A stretch of 27,725 nucleotides of DNA from Candidatus Sericytochromatia bacterium (GCA_036676495.1 JAKFCT010000085.1:1-27725); one strand, 5' to 3'; positions 16,080 through 24,560 are shown, counted from the first letter of the stretch. The notes: generated from the sequence alone by a model not told the origin. Made by a program: numbers and translations.

Positions 16080-16703
16080 TTACATCGCCGGCTGAAGGAT
16101 CCGGACCGGCCTGGGCTGCCAGGCCGACGGCTGGGCCGCCCGCGGCGCGAGCGCCCCGCGCAGGTTCTGGAACCTTTCCCTGACGGCCGCCGCCGGGGAG
16201 GGCGCCTGCCTGGGCAGGTAGCGCCGGTCTCCCATGAGCGCCGGCTTCTGCATGCCGAGCGCGTCGAGGCCCGCGTCGGCGAGATCGAACGCGAGCTGGA
16301 GGACGCCGGGGAGCGCGATCCCCACGGTCATGTCGTTCTTGGCGAAGAAGAACGGCACGATCCCGACCAGGGCGTTCACCCCGTCGACGGCGAGCTCCGA
16401 ATCCGTGCCCAGGATCGAGGGCGTCACCCGCCTGAGGAGCCGGTTGCCGACCGCTCCGAGGAGCCCGCCTCCCACCATGCGCCCCGTGTTCACGTGCGTG
16501 GGGATGCCGAGCTTCGCCCCGAGCGACGGCCCCGAGAAACCCCAGCCGTGGGCGCCCATCCCCGACTGGCGCGCGCCGAGCGCGCGACCGTGCGCGCCGG
16601 CCATCCCGCCCTCGCGGAGCCGGCGCTCCAGGGCCTCCCCGAGGTCGATCGTGACGTTTCCGTCCGGACCCCGGAAGGCCTTGCCTTTGACCTTCTTGCC
16701 CAT
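16080..16703 (-). CDS. Putative major virion membrane/core protein with LG/MG-rich leader
   Basis: AGGAGG RBS, RALGARQSGMGAHG..PSLGAKLGI, Gly-rich hydrophobic segments and strong codon bias. Precedes the capsid candidate. Confidence 0.75.
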   Translation of the reverse strand: MGKKVKGKAFRGPDGNVTIDLGEALERRLREGGMAGAHGRALGARQSGMGAHGWGFSGPSLGAKLGIPTHVNTGRMVGGGLLGAVGNRLLRRVTPSILGTDSELAVDGVNALVGIVPFFFAKNDMTVGIALPGVLQLAFDLADAGLDALGMQKPALMGDRRYLPRQAPSPAAAVRERFQNLRGALAPRAAQPSAWQPRPVRILQPAM

Positions 16704-16773
16704 CTCCGTTGCCTCCTGTCACTGTCAATAGAGCCGCCGGCCGAGCGACGGGCCCGGCCGCCTGACCTTCCTT

Positions 16774-17394
16774 CTACGATGCCGCAATCAGCGCAAGCGC
16801 CCCCGCCCCTATCGCGAGCGGGACTCCGATCAGAAGCGCGGCCGAAAGGCCCCCTTCGTCCGCGCCGTTCCCGTCCGACCTGACATCGGCCCGATCCCTC
16901 GGAAGCATCCTTTCGACCTGGTCCCTGGCCTGCGGAGGGGCATTGTCGAGGATCCTCTGCCGGGCCTTGGAAACCGTGTTTTTCCGGTCCTCCTCTCCGA
17001 AGTTCGCTTCCAAGGCGTCGGAGAGCCCCTCGAAGAGGTTCGATATTTTTTCGAGAGCCAGGTGCGGGATCTCGATGGCGAACTTGAGGATCGCGCCGGC
17101 GGCGAGGACGGCCTGCGCCGCGAGCTCCCCGAGAAGGGGGATCTCCCTTAAAAGCGCCGAGACGTTCGAGAAGACGACGTCGACGCCGGAGACGAGGAGT
17201 TCGGTCGGCACGGAAACGATATCGGCGATGACTCCGACCACGGTCCCGAGGGCGTCGGCCAGGAACTGCGCGGCCGACGAAAGGGCGTCGCCCAAGGCCG
17301 GTCGGCGCTGGGCGAGAAACGGCCTCTGGCGGGCGGACGTCCCGGAACGGCCGAGTTCGAGGAGCTCGGTCGCTCCAAGCGTGTAGGCCCTCAC
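16774..17394 (-). CDS. Tail-anchored putative virion protein (YTLGAT leader)
   Basis: GTGA-coupled start MRAYTLGATE..RPALGDAL, amphipathic helices and C-terminal LLIGVPLAIGAGALALIAAS. Confidence 0.75.
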   Translation of the reverse strand: MRAYTLGATELLELGRSGTSARQRPFLAQRRPALGDALSSAAQFLADALGTVVGVIADIVSVPTELLVSGVDVVFSNVSALLREIPLLGELAAQAVLAAGAILKFAIEIPHLALEKISNLFEGLSDALEANFGEEDRKNTVSKARQRILDNAPPQARDQVERMLPRDRADVRSDGNGADEGGLSAALLIGVPLAIGAGALALIAAS

Positions 17395-19184
17395 AGGGGC
17401 ACCTCGAGCTCGTCGTAGTCGTCGAACTCCATCTGATCTCCGAAACGGAGCCACGGCTCCGTGAAATCGCTGTTCCAGGGCTCGCCGGCGATGTAGATCC
17501 GGGCCCATGTGTGATGGATCGATCCGCCGTCGCCTCCGAAGGCGAAGCAGAGTTTGTCGTCCTTCGAACCCACGCCGATCGCAAGCGCCGCGCACATCGC
17601 CAGGTAGAGGCACCCCGGCTCATCGCAGTTGTGAACCAGAGAACCATTGTCCAGGAGGAAGTTGCCGTTGTCGGCCACCGTGAGATCGCAGCAGCGCGTC
17701 TCCGGCTCGAGTTCCACCGATCTCAAGCGACTCGAGACGAGTTCCGGACGTTTACGATCTCGCTCGTTCTTGTACTCGAACAGGCGGTACATCGCGGGCT
17801 TATCCTTCCACGGTCTCTGCAGATGACCGCTCAGAGGCCGACCGAGGACCAAGTGCATGAAACGTAGTTGCCTGGCCAATGCCTCTGACTTCGTGTTATG
17901 GACGAGATGGGCTTTGGTCGCCCACCGGCCGTGCGTAGGAACGAAACCGTCTCCGAGCGTGTATGCTCCGACCAAGACGCTCATTGCATCTTTGGAAAGG
18001 GATAGATACCCGTCCGGAAAGCGCTTCGTGCCAGCATTCCCTCCGAAAAGAGTTGCCAGTCTCTTGGTGAAGGGAGATGTATTGAGACGAAGCGTGACGA
18101 GTCCATCTTTGCGGAGATGTTCCCCATACGGCTGGTCGATAACGGCCAGGTTTGTCTTGAGGCCTCCGATCGCATGGGGGTCGTTCATGCCGATCTTGGC
18201 CCGGTAGGAAGCGTCCTTCCGCTTCCCTCGTCCCATCGGCTCGGACCACCCTTCGGCCACGTAGAGACCTTCGATGTGAAGCTGGGCGCTTCCCAGCCCC
18301 AGGGCGTGTTCAAGATTTGCTCCTGCTTCAGGGATGCGCGCCGCACAAGCCACCGTATACAGCTTGCTTCTCGCCGTCTGTTTTTCGGCAAGCAACTCGG
18401 CCAGCGTCATGGTCACGAGTTCATGGGTCGTCCGTCTCTTGGACCGAAAGACGTAAAGCCTGTGGTTCTCCGTGCAACGGAACGACGTCCCGTTGGTCAG
18501 AGAGATCTTGTAGACAGGAAGTGTCCCCTTGTGGATGAAGCGCGTGATGGGCTTGAACTCGAAGCGCTCCTGCGCTTCGTTGTAGGAGACAACCTCCCGA
18601 TCCCAGAATGACTGTTCCAGTTCCCCCGCTTTGATGACCTCGTAGTAGCGGTCCGATTTTCTGCGTGTGATGATCGGCTGGTCGAATGGGATGCAGTCAC
18701 CGATGAACATCGGACGCGGCGAATAACTCCCGCGGTGGAACTCCGGCTCGAGCTCCTCGAGCGCCGCGTAGAAGGGCTCCATGAACTTCCGGAGGGCGTC
18801 GATCGGCAGCCGCGCGTGCCTGACCATGCGCTCCGGCGTCTGGATGACCTCGATGCCGGCCGGGTCGTTCACGTAGAAGTAGAGATGCCGCATGAGGATG
18901 TCGCAGGCCTCCGCCTGCAGGACCTTGTTCTGGTGGATCTCCACCTCTTCGCCGCGGCTCTGGGCGTAGTCCTGGACGAGGATCGAGTAGCGGGCCGCGG
19001 CCTCGCGGGCCGCGTCGACGACGAGCTTCTCTTTGCGGCCGTCCTTCACGAGGCGGCACATGCGGCCGATCTCGAAACGGATCCCGTCCCACGTGTCCGG
19101 GAGATGGGTGTAGCGCGCCTCTCCGCGCTCCGGCGACGGGGCGTCGAGGGCCCGGGAACTCATCTTGTAATGGGTCTGGCGCAC
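17391..19184 (-). CDS. Transglutaminase-like cysteine protease/transglutaminase interrupted by an intein
   Basis: The spliced product (241 aa) has YVNDPAGIEVIQTPER...FIGD|CDE...IHHTW...WNSDFT, i.e. a GDCD/E Cys plus His and Asp triad of the transglutaminase-like superfamily. Confidence 0.85.
   Translation of the reverse strand: MRQTHYKMSSRALDAPSPERGEARYTHLPDTWDGIRFEIGRMCRLVKDGRKEKLVVDAAREAAARYSILVQDYAQSRGEEVEIHQNKVLQAEACDILMRHLYFYVNDPAGIEVIQTPERMVRHARLPIDALRKFMEPFYAALEELEPEFHRGSYSPRPMFIGDCIPFDQPIITRRKSDRYYEVIKAGELEQSFWDREVVSYNEAQERFEFKPITRFIHKGTLPVYKISLTNGTSFRCTENHRLYVFRSKRRTTHELVTMTLAELLAEKQTARSKLYTVACAARIPEAGANLEHALGLGSAQLHIEGLYVAEGWSEPMGRGKRKDASYRAKIGMNDPHAIGGLKTNLAVIDQPYGEHLRKDGLVTLRLNTSPFTKRLATLFGGNAGTKRFPDGYLSLSKDAMSVLVGAYTLGDGFVPTHGRWATKAHLVHNTKSEALARQLRFMHLVLGRPLSGHLQRPWKDKPAMYRLFEYKNERDRKRPELVSSRLRSVELEPETRCCDLTVADNGNFLLDNGSLVHNCDEPGCLYLAMCAALAIGVGSKDDKLCFAFGGDGGSIHHTWARIYIAGEPWNSDFTEPWLRFGDQMEFDDYDELEVPL
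17628..18695 (-). mobile_element. Intein with LAGLIDADG homing endonuclease (356 aa)
   Basis: Starts CIPFDQPI. Block B CTENHRL, LAGLIDADG-like GLYVAEGW and GAYTLGDGF, block F CDLTVADNGNF, ends VHN|C. Visibly lower GC than the flanks. Confidence 0.93.
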
Positions 19185-19186
19185 CG

Positions 19187-21220
19187 TTAGCCCTTTGCCT
19201 CCTTCTGCGCAGAAGCCGGCTCCGCGGCCGGGGCCGAGCGGGAGGCGTTTCTTTCGGCGACCTGCTTCCAGTAGCCGTCGACCTCCTCGAAGAAGCAGGC
19301 CCTGAACGCCTCATAAAACTCGTCGGCCCATTCGGTCCCGAAGGCTTCCTTCTCGTCGGGGGCGAGATGGGGCTCGAGAGCCCCGAGCATCGTCTTCCAG
19401 TCGCGCGTCCGGATGTAGACCGAGAAGACCCGGCATTGCTTCCGGAACGCGTGGTCGATCGGGTCCTGGTATCCGTCCATGAAAAATCCAAGGAAGGATC
19501 CCGGAGGGACCTCGGCCTTGACCTGGCGGGCCCACTCGGTCACGATCTGCCTTCCGCTCGGATCGCGCATGAACTTCGCGATGAAGTCCTCGGACATCTC
19601 GGATCCCTCCGCCTTCTGGGCCGGATCGGCCGCCGGCTCCTCCTGGGCCGGACGCCTGGCATCCAGGAGCGAGGTTACGTTCCCGGGGCCCAGACCCATC
19701 TCAGCCTTCTTGTGGTCGAGGATGGAGTCGATGCCTTTTCTCAGTTCCGAGACCAGCTCCTTGGCCCCACGGACGAGCGAATCGGTCGTGTTCGCCGTGG
19801 CGATCTGCCGCTCGAGATCGAGCTTTTCTCGGATCAGCGACGCCTCCGTGGCCAGCTTGTCCTTGATGAGAGCGTGCTCCTTCTCGAGCATCTCCGCGCG
19901 GAGTTTGTGCTCCCTCTCGAGGTCCTTCTTGCCCTCGGAGATCTTGGATTCGACCGACTTTTCGAGATCGGCCATCTCCCCTCTCGTGCGATCGATCTCC
20001 CGCTGGGAGTCTTTTCGTTTTCCGTCGAGCTCGGACCGCAGCGCCGTCTCTCGCGTGTCGAGATCCTTCCGGAAGAGGTCGATCTTCTTCTGCTCGAGAT
20101 CGAGGATGAACTTCTGGTTCTTGTCTTCGCGCTCGACGCGCTTTTCCTCCTCCAGGCGCAGGCGGTCCATTTCCCGGCGATGCCGGTCCTCGGCCTCGTC
20201 GCGCTCGCGCTTCCACTGGTCGTCGCGGTCGGCGCGTTCGTGGGCACGGGCGGTTTCCTCCCGGGTCCTCCGTTCCTCTTCCTTCGCCCGCTCTTCCTCC
20301 CGCATCCGGTTCGAGCGCGCGTCCTGGTCGCGGATGAGATCCTGGAGGAACGCGGAGGGGCCGGTCTTCCGGTCCTCGGCTTCCCGCGTGAGAAAACCCT
20401 TCTGGAGCTCTCCCATCTGCCGGATGGCCTCGGCGGCCGCGGTCTCCCCCACCACGACGGGCTGCGGGGCGCGGGGCCAATCGTATGGCCGGCCGTACGG
20501 GTCCCGCGCGTAGGGATCCGGGGGGCCCTGGGGTCCCCACGAAGGAGGCCGTCCGGGAACGGCCGCGCGGTCGCGCCGCTCGACCCTGGCCGCCTCGTCC
20601 TCGTGCTCCCGGGCCGGGAACTTGGGGGGCCCGTAGTTCTCGCTCACGCGCTGCTCGCAGATGTACTCCTTGGAGTCGGAAGGCAGCCTGAGCCGGATGA
20701 GGTACGTGCCGCTCCCGTACGTCTGGCCGAGCTGCTCGGGATCGTAGGCCCCGATGTGGGTTCCGAGGTGGCCGTGGGGCGGATGCGTGCGCTCGACCCG
20801 GAAGTGCGGCTGGGAGACGTAGTTGTTGAGGCTCCCGGCCTGTCCGGCGGCGGTGAAGTTGAAGCCGAAGCTCGACGGGTCGTAACCTGGGGCTTTCTGA
20901 GGCGCGGGTTGAGGATTCCCCACGGGCACCTCCAAAACGTGGGCATGAAGGGATTCGGCTTCAGCTTCTGGTTCGGGCGCCGGTGCGGGCTCCGGCGCTG
21001 CTTGGGGAGGCGCCGGTTCGGTCGCTTGGACGAATCCGGCGGGGACCTCATGGAGTCGGCCGTGAAGCTTGGCCGTGTTTATGATGCCCGTGATCTGCTT
21101 GGGCCGGCAGTCGAAGCGCCGGGCGATCTCATCCTTGGAAACGCCCTGGAGAAAAAGTTGCCGGATCTCGACTTTCTCTTGGCGCTTGAGCCGCTTGAGG
21201 GGAATCTGCGTCTGCGCCAT
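19187..21220 (-). CDS. Large protein with N-terminal HTH and long charged coiled coil
   Basis: IRQLFLQGVSKDEIARRFDCRPKQITGII (HTH), Pro-rich linkers, YGSGTY-containing domain, E/R/K coiled coil and helical C-terminal domain. Confidence 0.75.
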   Translation of the reverse strand: MAQTQIPLKRLKRQEKVEIRQLFLQGVSKDEIARRFDCRPKQITGIINTAKLHGRLHEVPAGFVQATEPAPPQAAPEPAPAPEPEAEAESLHAHVLEVPVGNPQPAPQKAPGYDPSSFGFNFTAAGQAGSLNNYVSQPHFRVERTHPPHGHLGTHIGAYDPEQLGQTYGSGTYLIRLRLPSDSKEYICEQRVSENYGPPKFPAREHEDEAARVERRDRAAVPGRPPSWGPQGPPDPYARDPYGRPYDWPRAPQPVVVGETAAAEAIRQMGELQKGFLTREAEDRKTGPSAFLQDLIRDQDARSNRMREEERAKEEERRTREETARAHERADRDDQWKRERDEAEDRHRREMDRLRLEEEKRVEREDKNQKFILDLEQKKIDLFRKDLDTRETALRSELDGKRKDSQREIDRTRGEMADLEKSVESKISEGKKDLEREHKLRAEMLEKEHALIKDKLATEASLIREKLDLERQIATANTTDSLVRGAKELVSELRKGIDSILDHKKAEMGLGPGNVTSLLDARRPAQEEPAADPAQKAEGSEMSEDFIAKFMRDPSGRQIVTEWARQVKAEVPPGSFLGFFMDGYQDPIDHAFRKQCRVFSVYIRTRDWKTMLGALEPHLAPDEKEAFGTEWADEFYEAFRACFFEEVDGYWKQVAERNASRSAPAAEPASAQKEAKG

Positions 21221-21282
21221 CGGCCTCTCGCTCACGAAAAGCAAGCGAGGCCGTTCCGTCTCCGGGAGGAGAGTACGAAGTA

Positions 21283-21311
21283 GTGATACCGTCTCGGCCG
21301 ACTGATGTCAA
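21283..21311 (-). promoter_or_regulatory. Sigma70-type promoter for the leftward protease/structural operon
   Basis: TTGACA-17 nt-TATCAC on the minus strand. Confidence 0.6.
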
Positions 21312-21324
21312 CATTTTTCCGAGA

Positions 21325-21564
21325 TCAAGGCGCGCCCAGACGCTCGCGTTCCTCGACCGAGAGTTCGAACCATTTGGCGATGCGGTCGACGGAGGCCTTG
21401 AACCTCAGGAATTCCTCTTCGGTGAAGGATCGCTTGAACTCCTTCAGGACAACGGAAAACGGCGCAGGGATGCGGAGGACGAGTTCCACATGGCCGTCAC
21501 GGAAACCGTAACGGCCTGTGATGTCGCCATCGATGGATTCCGTGAACGGCGTGCCGGAGGACAT
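21325..21564 (-). CDS. Hypothetical protein
   Basis: MSSGTPFTESIDGDITGRYGFRDGHVELVLRIP..., GGAG RBS, globular composition. Confidence 0.6.
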   Translation of the reverse strand: MSSGTPFTESIDGDITGRYGFRDGHVELVLRIPAPFSVVLKEFKRSFTEEEFLRFKASVDRIAKWFELSVEERERLGAP

Positions 21565-21682
21565 GGACGCGCTCCGGGGATCGGGCTCCTCGCGGGCCGG
21601 GCGCGCCGGCCCAAGAGGAGCCAGGCCACCGCTTCGAGGGGTACGCCCTGTCAAAGGCGGCCTGGCCCTGGAGAGAGGGGGA

Positions 21683-22057
21683 TTAAGTATTTCTCCCGTG
21701 GATCTTATCGTGACAGGAACGGCAGACCCACCGAACCTCATACGGTTTCCGGTAGTCGTCGTGATGTCCCTCGATCTTTTGTTTAGCGAAGAACAGAGCA
21801 CAGACTGAGCACTGGGCCGGTTTCACAATCCGCCCTTTCCAGACGGCCGTATCCAGAAGTTTCCATGCCCGTTTCTGAAGCTTCCGGATTTCCGGTGAAT
21901 GTGGCCGACATCGCAGACCCTTCTTCAGCCTGCGATTGAAGGCACTCAGGCATGGCCCGCAGCGGGTGAACCGTCTCGGCCTTCCGTTCCGAACCTCTTT
22001 GACATAGAACGATCCGACGGGCAATTCTGCCCGGCAGTCTTTGCAGACCTTTCCCAC
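21683..22057 (-). CDS. HNH-type endonuclease with N-terminal zinc ribbon
   Basis: CKDC..SFY..CGPC, then KPAQCSVC..IEGHHDDYRKPYEVRWVCRSCHDKIH, a typical phage HNH pattern. Lower GC. Confidence 0.8.
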   Translation of the reverse strand: MGKVCKDCRAELPVGSFYVKEVRNGRPRRFTRCGPCLSAFNRRLKKGLRCRPHSPEIRKLQKRAWKLLDTAVWKGRIVKPAQCSVCALFFAKQKIEGHHDDYRKPYEVRWVCRSCHDKIHGRNT

Positions 22058-22132
22058 TTAATCCCCCGCCCGTTGCCAAAGAACACCCATAATATACAGA
22101 AAATCAAACTCGAAAAGCAAGGACGATCTTTC

Positions 22133-22161
22133 TTGACTCGCCCGGGGTCCTCGGGTACATT
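22133..22161 (+). promoter_or_regulatory. Sigma70-type promoter for the rightward replication arm
   Basis: TTGACT-17 nt-TACATT, downstream of an A-rich UP-like tract in the divergent intergenic region. Confidence 0.65.
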
Positions 22162-22204
22162 CCCTCGGGGCGCCAAGGCGTGCTGCTGCGCGACGAGAGA
22201 CGAT

Positions 22205-22301
22205 ACCCCGTCCCCTGAGGCGGCGTCCGGCGGCCCAGACGCGCAGCCTGGGCTTTCGGCGCCACCGGCCGGACGCCGCCACGGGGACGGGGTTTTTCTT
22301 T
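22205..22301 (+). terminator. Large leader stem-loop with U-tract (attenuator/terminator or small RNA) before rep
   Basis: ACCCCGTCCCC-TGA-GGCGGCGTCCGGC ... GCCGGACGCCGCC-AC-GGGGACGGGGT followed by TTTTCTTT, with an inner hairpin GGCCCAG/CTGGGCT. Confidence 0.65.
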
Positions 22302-22394
22302 CGCTTGGCCCTGGAGAGATCGTGAGAGTCCGGTCGCCTCCCACCTGAGCCGAAAGCCATCCCACGACTTCATTCCGGATCAAGGAGAGAGAGC

Positions 22395-23543
22395 ATGTAT
22401 AAGCGTCTGCATGATTCCGTCCCGGACTCCCTCAAACTCGGTAAGTTGAGCGACTTCGCTTTTCGCTCGTGGACCGTAGCCCTTTCCCAGGCGGACTGGT
22501 ACGGCAGGCTCACTGCGAAGCCTGAAAAGTTCGTGGTCCAATGCTTCCCGAACCGAAGGGAGGTCACCCCTGAACAAGTGAAGGCTGCGCTCGACGAGGT
22601 AGCCGACGTGATGGGCGAAGGGCTCATCCATCTGTACAAGAGCTCCGACGGGAAGGAGTACCTGGTCTTGCACAACATCGAGGAGCATAACCCCAGGCAG
22701 ACGCACTCGAGAGCAGCGTCAGCGTACCCGCCCCCCCCGAAGGGTCTCTGCCCCTGCGTCAGATACTGTCCCCAGGAGGGCCAAGGACCCTTCGGAGGAA
22801 GGGAGTTCAGGTTCTACCCCGGTCTCTTCGAGAAAGCGGGAAAGGAGGAGGGAGGGAAAGGCTGTGGTGCAAGTGCGTGCTTTGGCGTGCATGAGCGTGC
22901 AGATGCGTGCTTTGGCGTGCAAGGGCGTGCAGAGGCGTGCTTGACCGTGCATGATAAAGATCCTTCCTCTCCTCTCCCTTCCTCTCCTCTCCCTTTAGAG
23001 GGAGGGACGGAAACGGGGGGGTGTGGGGGGGGGCAGGGTCCCATGGACAGGCTTTCAGCCGAATTCGAGGCCCTGACGGGCAGATCGGCCTTCCGTTCAG
23101 AGGAGGAGTGTGCCAAAACGGCACAGTTACTCGCCCCGATCCTGGCCGCGCGGCCCCTGGAAGAGCTTCTTGGCGTCATGTCCGCAAGGATCAGCCGCGA
23201 ACGGACGCGCGGAACCAAGGGACCCGCGTCGATGCGCTATTTCGTCGCCGTCTTTTCGGATCCAAGGTCCTTCGGGCCGGCACCGCCGAAATCCGCCCCA
23301 TCCAAGGCCGATGAACCCCGAAAGCCGCCGGCCGAGGACTATAGCCGCCTCCGCGAGATCGCCGAGGACAAACTTTCGGCGCTCCCCGAGGACGAACTAT
23401 CGCTCTGGAAAGAGGACGCCGAGCAAGAGGCCGCTCGCTCCGGAGTGATCTCGTTCATGCGTCCGCTGTACGTGAAGACCAGGCTCGCCGATCGCGCCAT
23501 CCAGACCTTCGGCATCTCAATCAAGGGAGGGGATCCGCCATGA
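22395..23543 (+). CDS. Phage replication initiator / replisome-organiser-like protein
   Basis: AAGGAG RBS. N-terminal KL..LSD..F..W....SQADWYGRL...GLIHLY..DGKEYL pattern of phage initiators, central low-complexity linker carrying DNA repeats, C-terminal ..SMRYF.. helical domain. Confidence 0.75.
   Translation: MYKRLHDSVPDSLKLGKLSDFAFRSWTVALSQADWYGRLTAKPEKFVVQCFPNRREVTPEQVKAALDEVADVMGEGLIHLYKSSDGKEYLVLHNIEEHNPRQTHSRAASAYPPPPKGLCPCVRYCPQEGQGPFGGREFRFYPGLFEKAGKEEGGKGCGASACFGVHERADACFGVQGRAEACLTVHDKDPSSPLPSSPLPLEGGTETGGCGGGQGPMDRLSAEFEALTGRSAFRSEEECAKTAQLLAPILAARPLEELLGVMSARISRERTRGTKGPASMRYFVAVFSDPRSFGPAPPKSAPSKADEPRKPPAEDYSRLREIAEDKLSALPEDELSLWKEDAEQEAARSGVISFMRPLYVKTRLADRAIQTFGISIKGGDPP
22861..22993 (+). 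repeat. Iteron array / putative replication origin inside rep
   Basis: Nine (C/G)GTGC units at exact 10-bp spacing (22866-22950), with a higher-order 30-bp repeat gcgtgctttggcgtgca..., followed by a pyrimidine tract (ccttcctctcctctc x2). Confidence 0.8.
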
Positions 23544-23860
23544 AGCCGTTCACGTGCCTTCTCTGCAAGGCTTCTCTTTTGGAGAAGAAGCCCTTCTCTG
23601 TTCCGGTCTCGGACACGGTTTCGGCCAATCCGCTCTGCCGTCCCTGCGCGGCAAAGCTTTCGGTGGACGAGATCCTTTCGTTCGTGTCCACCCAGACCGA
23701 ATCGTGGCCTCCGGAGGCGCCCAGGAAGGACAAGGATCCCCCAGGCCGCATGGAGACCGCGCGTCTTTCTCTCGAGCGGTGGTTCGCCGGGCACGGTCTT
23801 GCGGAGGATCCGCTCGATGTCCGAGATATCGAAAAACACAAGGGCAAAGCCGCGCCTTGA
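23540..23860 (+). CDS. Zinc-finger protein (CxxC...CxxC)
   Basis: FTCLLCK...PLCRPCA, ATGA-coupled to rep. Confidence 0.7.
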   Translation: MKPFTCLLCKASLLEKKPFSVPVSDTVSANPLCRPCAAKLSVDEILSFVSTQTESWPPEAPRKDKDPPGRMETARLSLERWFAGHGLAEDPLDVRDIEKHKGKAAP

Positions 23861-23885
23861 CCCAGAGGCGCATATCCGATATACT
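23857..23885 (+). promoter_or_regulatory. Sigma70-type promoter probably giving a leaderless mRNA
   Basis: TTGACC-17 nt-TATACT, with ATG 23892 six nt downstream and no RBS. Confidence 0.65.
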
Positions 23886-23891
23886 TTGGCC

Positions 23892-24560
23892 ATGGCCCGC
23901 GAGACCGCGATCGCGATAGGCCTCGGGCAGCCGCCCGGCGTGGAAATAGAGGTCGCATCGACCTCGGAGCTTGCGCCGGGCGACCTCATCTGGATCTCGT
24001 TCCCCTTCGGCGCGCGCGGATGGTTCAAATACGGCTCCGAGGAGACTTTCACGGTCGTCTCGGTCGATCCGGACGGGACCGTCAACGTGATCGACGAGGG
24101 CGGGGATCCCTTCGTCCTTCCCGGAGGCAGCACGGCCGAGCTTCGGGCGAAGCTGAGAGACCAGACGAGTTTCAGCGCGATTACGATCGTCCGGCCGGAC
24201 CTCGGGCCTCCGGGGTCCGGCCAGGTCGCCCAGGGTCTCGGAATGCCTGGGGGCTATCGCGAAATCCCCGTCATGACCTGGAGCGACCTCAGGGTCGGCG
24301 ACTACGTGCTTCTCGGCCAAGCGACCGGCATCCCCACGCTGGTCCGCGTCGAGGACGATGATCCGGAGCTTCTCATCGCGCGCGTGATCGGGACGGAATC
24401 CCCGAGCGCCCAGCCGGGAGACCTCTGGTATTTCGAGGGGCCGGGCCGGATCTTCGCTCCCGACGCGGCCTTCCGGGGCCAGCCCATCGAGGAAGGCTGG
24501 TATGTGGCGGGCGCGGCCGTCGTCGCCGCCGGCGCTGCCCTTGTCCTCGCCTTCTGGTAG
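23892..24560 (+). CDS. Tail-anchored protein with LGQ leader and two SH3/KOW-like repeats
   Basis: MARETAIAIGLGQPP..SELAPGDLIWI.. and ..SDLRVGDYVLL.., with C-terminal WYVAGAAVVAAGAALVLAFW. Confidence 0.7.
   Translation: MARETAIAIGLGQPPGVEIEVASTSELAPGDLIWISFPFGARGWFKYGSEETFTVVSVDPDGTVNVIDEGGDPFVLPGGSTAELRAKLRDQTSFSAITIVRPDLGPPGSGQVAQGLGMPGGYREIPVMTWSDLRVGDYVLLGQATGIPTLVRVEDDDPELLIARVIGTESPSAQPGDLWYFEGPGRIFAPDAAFRGQPIEEGWYVAGAAVVAAGAALVLAFW

Noticed and set aside
19187-21220. Packaging ATPase or SMC-like ATPase
   Set aside because: No Walker A motif is visible in this or any other ORF of the window.
969-21283. Long plus-strand ORFs (e.g. 969..2192, 4712..5737, 7589..8989, 9007..10638, 19367..21283)
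   Set aside because: Antisense shadows of GC3-rich minus-strand genes: Arg/Pro/Gly-rich, no motifs, no RBS.
22160-22310. tRNA (including tRNA-Sec) or SRP RNA in the structured intergenic regions
   Set aside because: I could not identify a cloverleaf, TTC-containing T-loop, UCA anticodon arm or SRP loop by eye. tRNAscan/Infernal would be needed to exclude this fully.
22861-22953. Repeat array as CRISPR
   Set aside because: The 10-bp period has no unique spacers, it lies within a CDS, and no cas genes are present.
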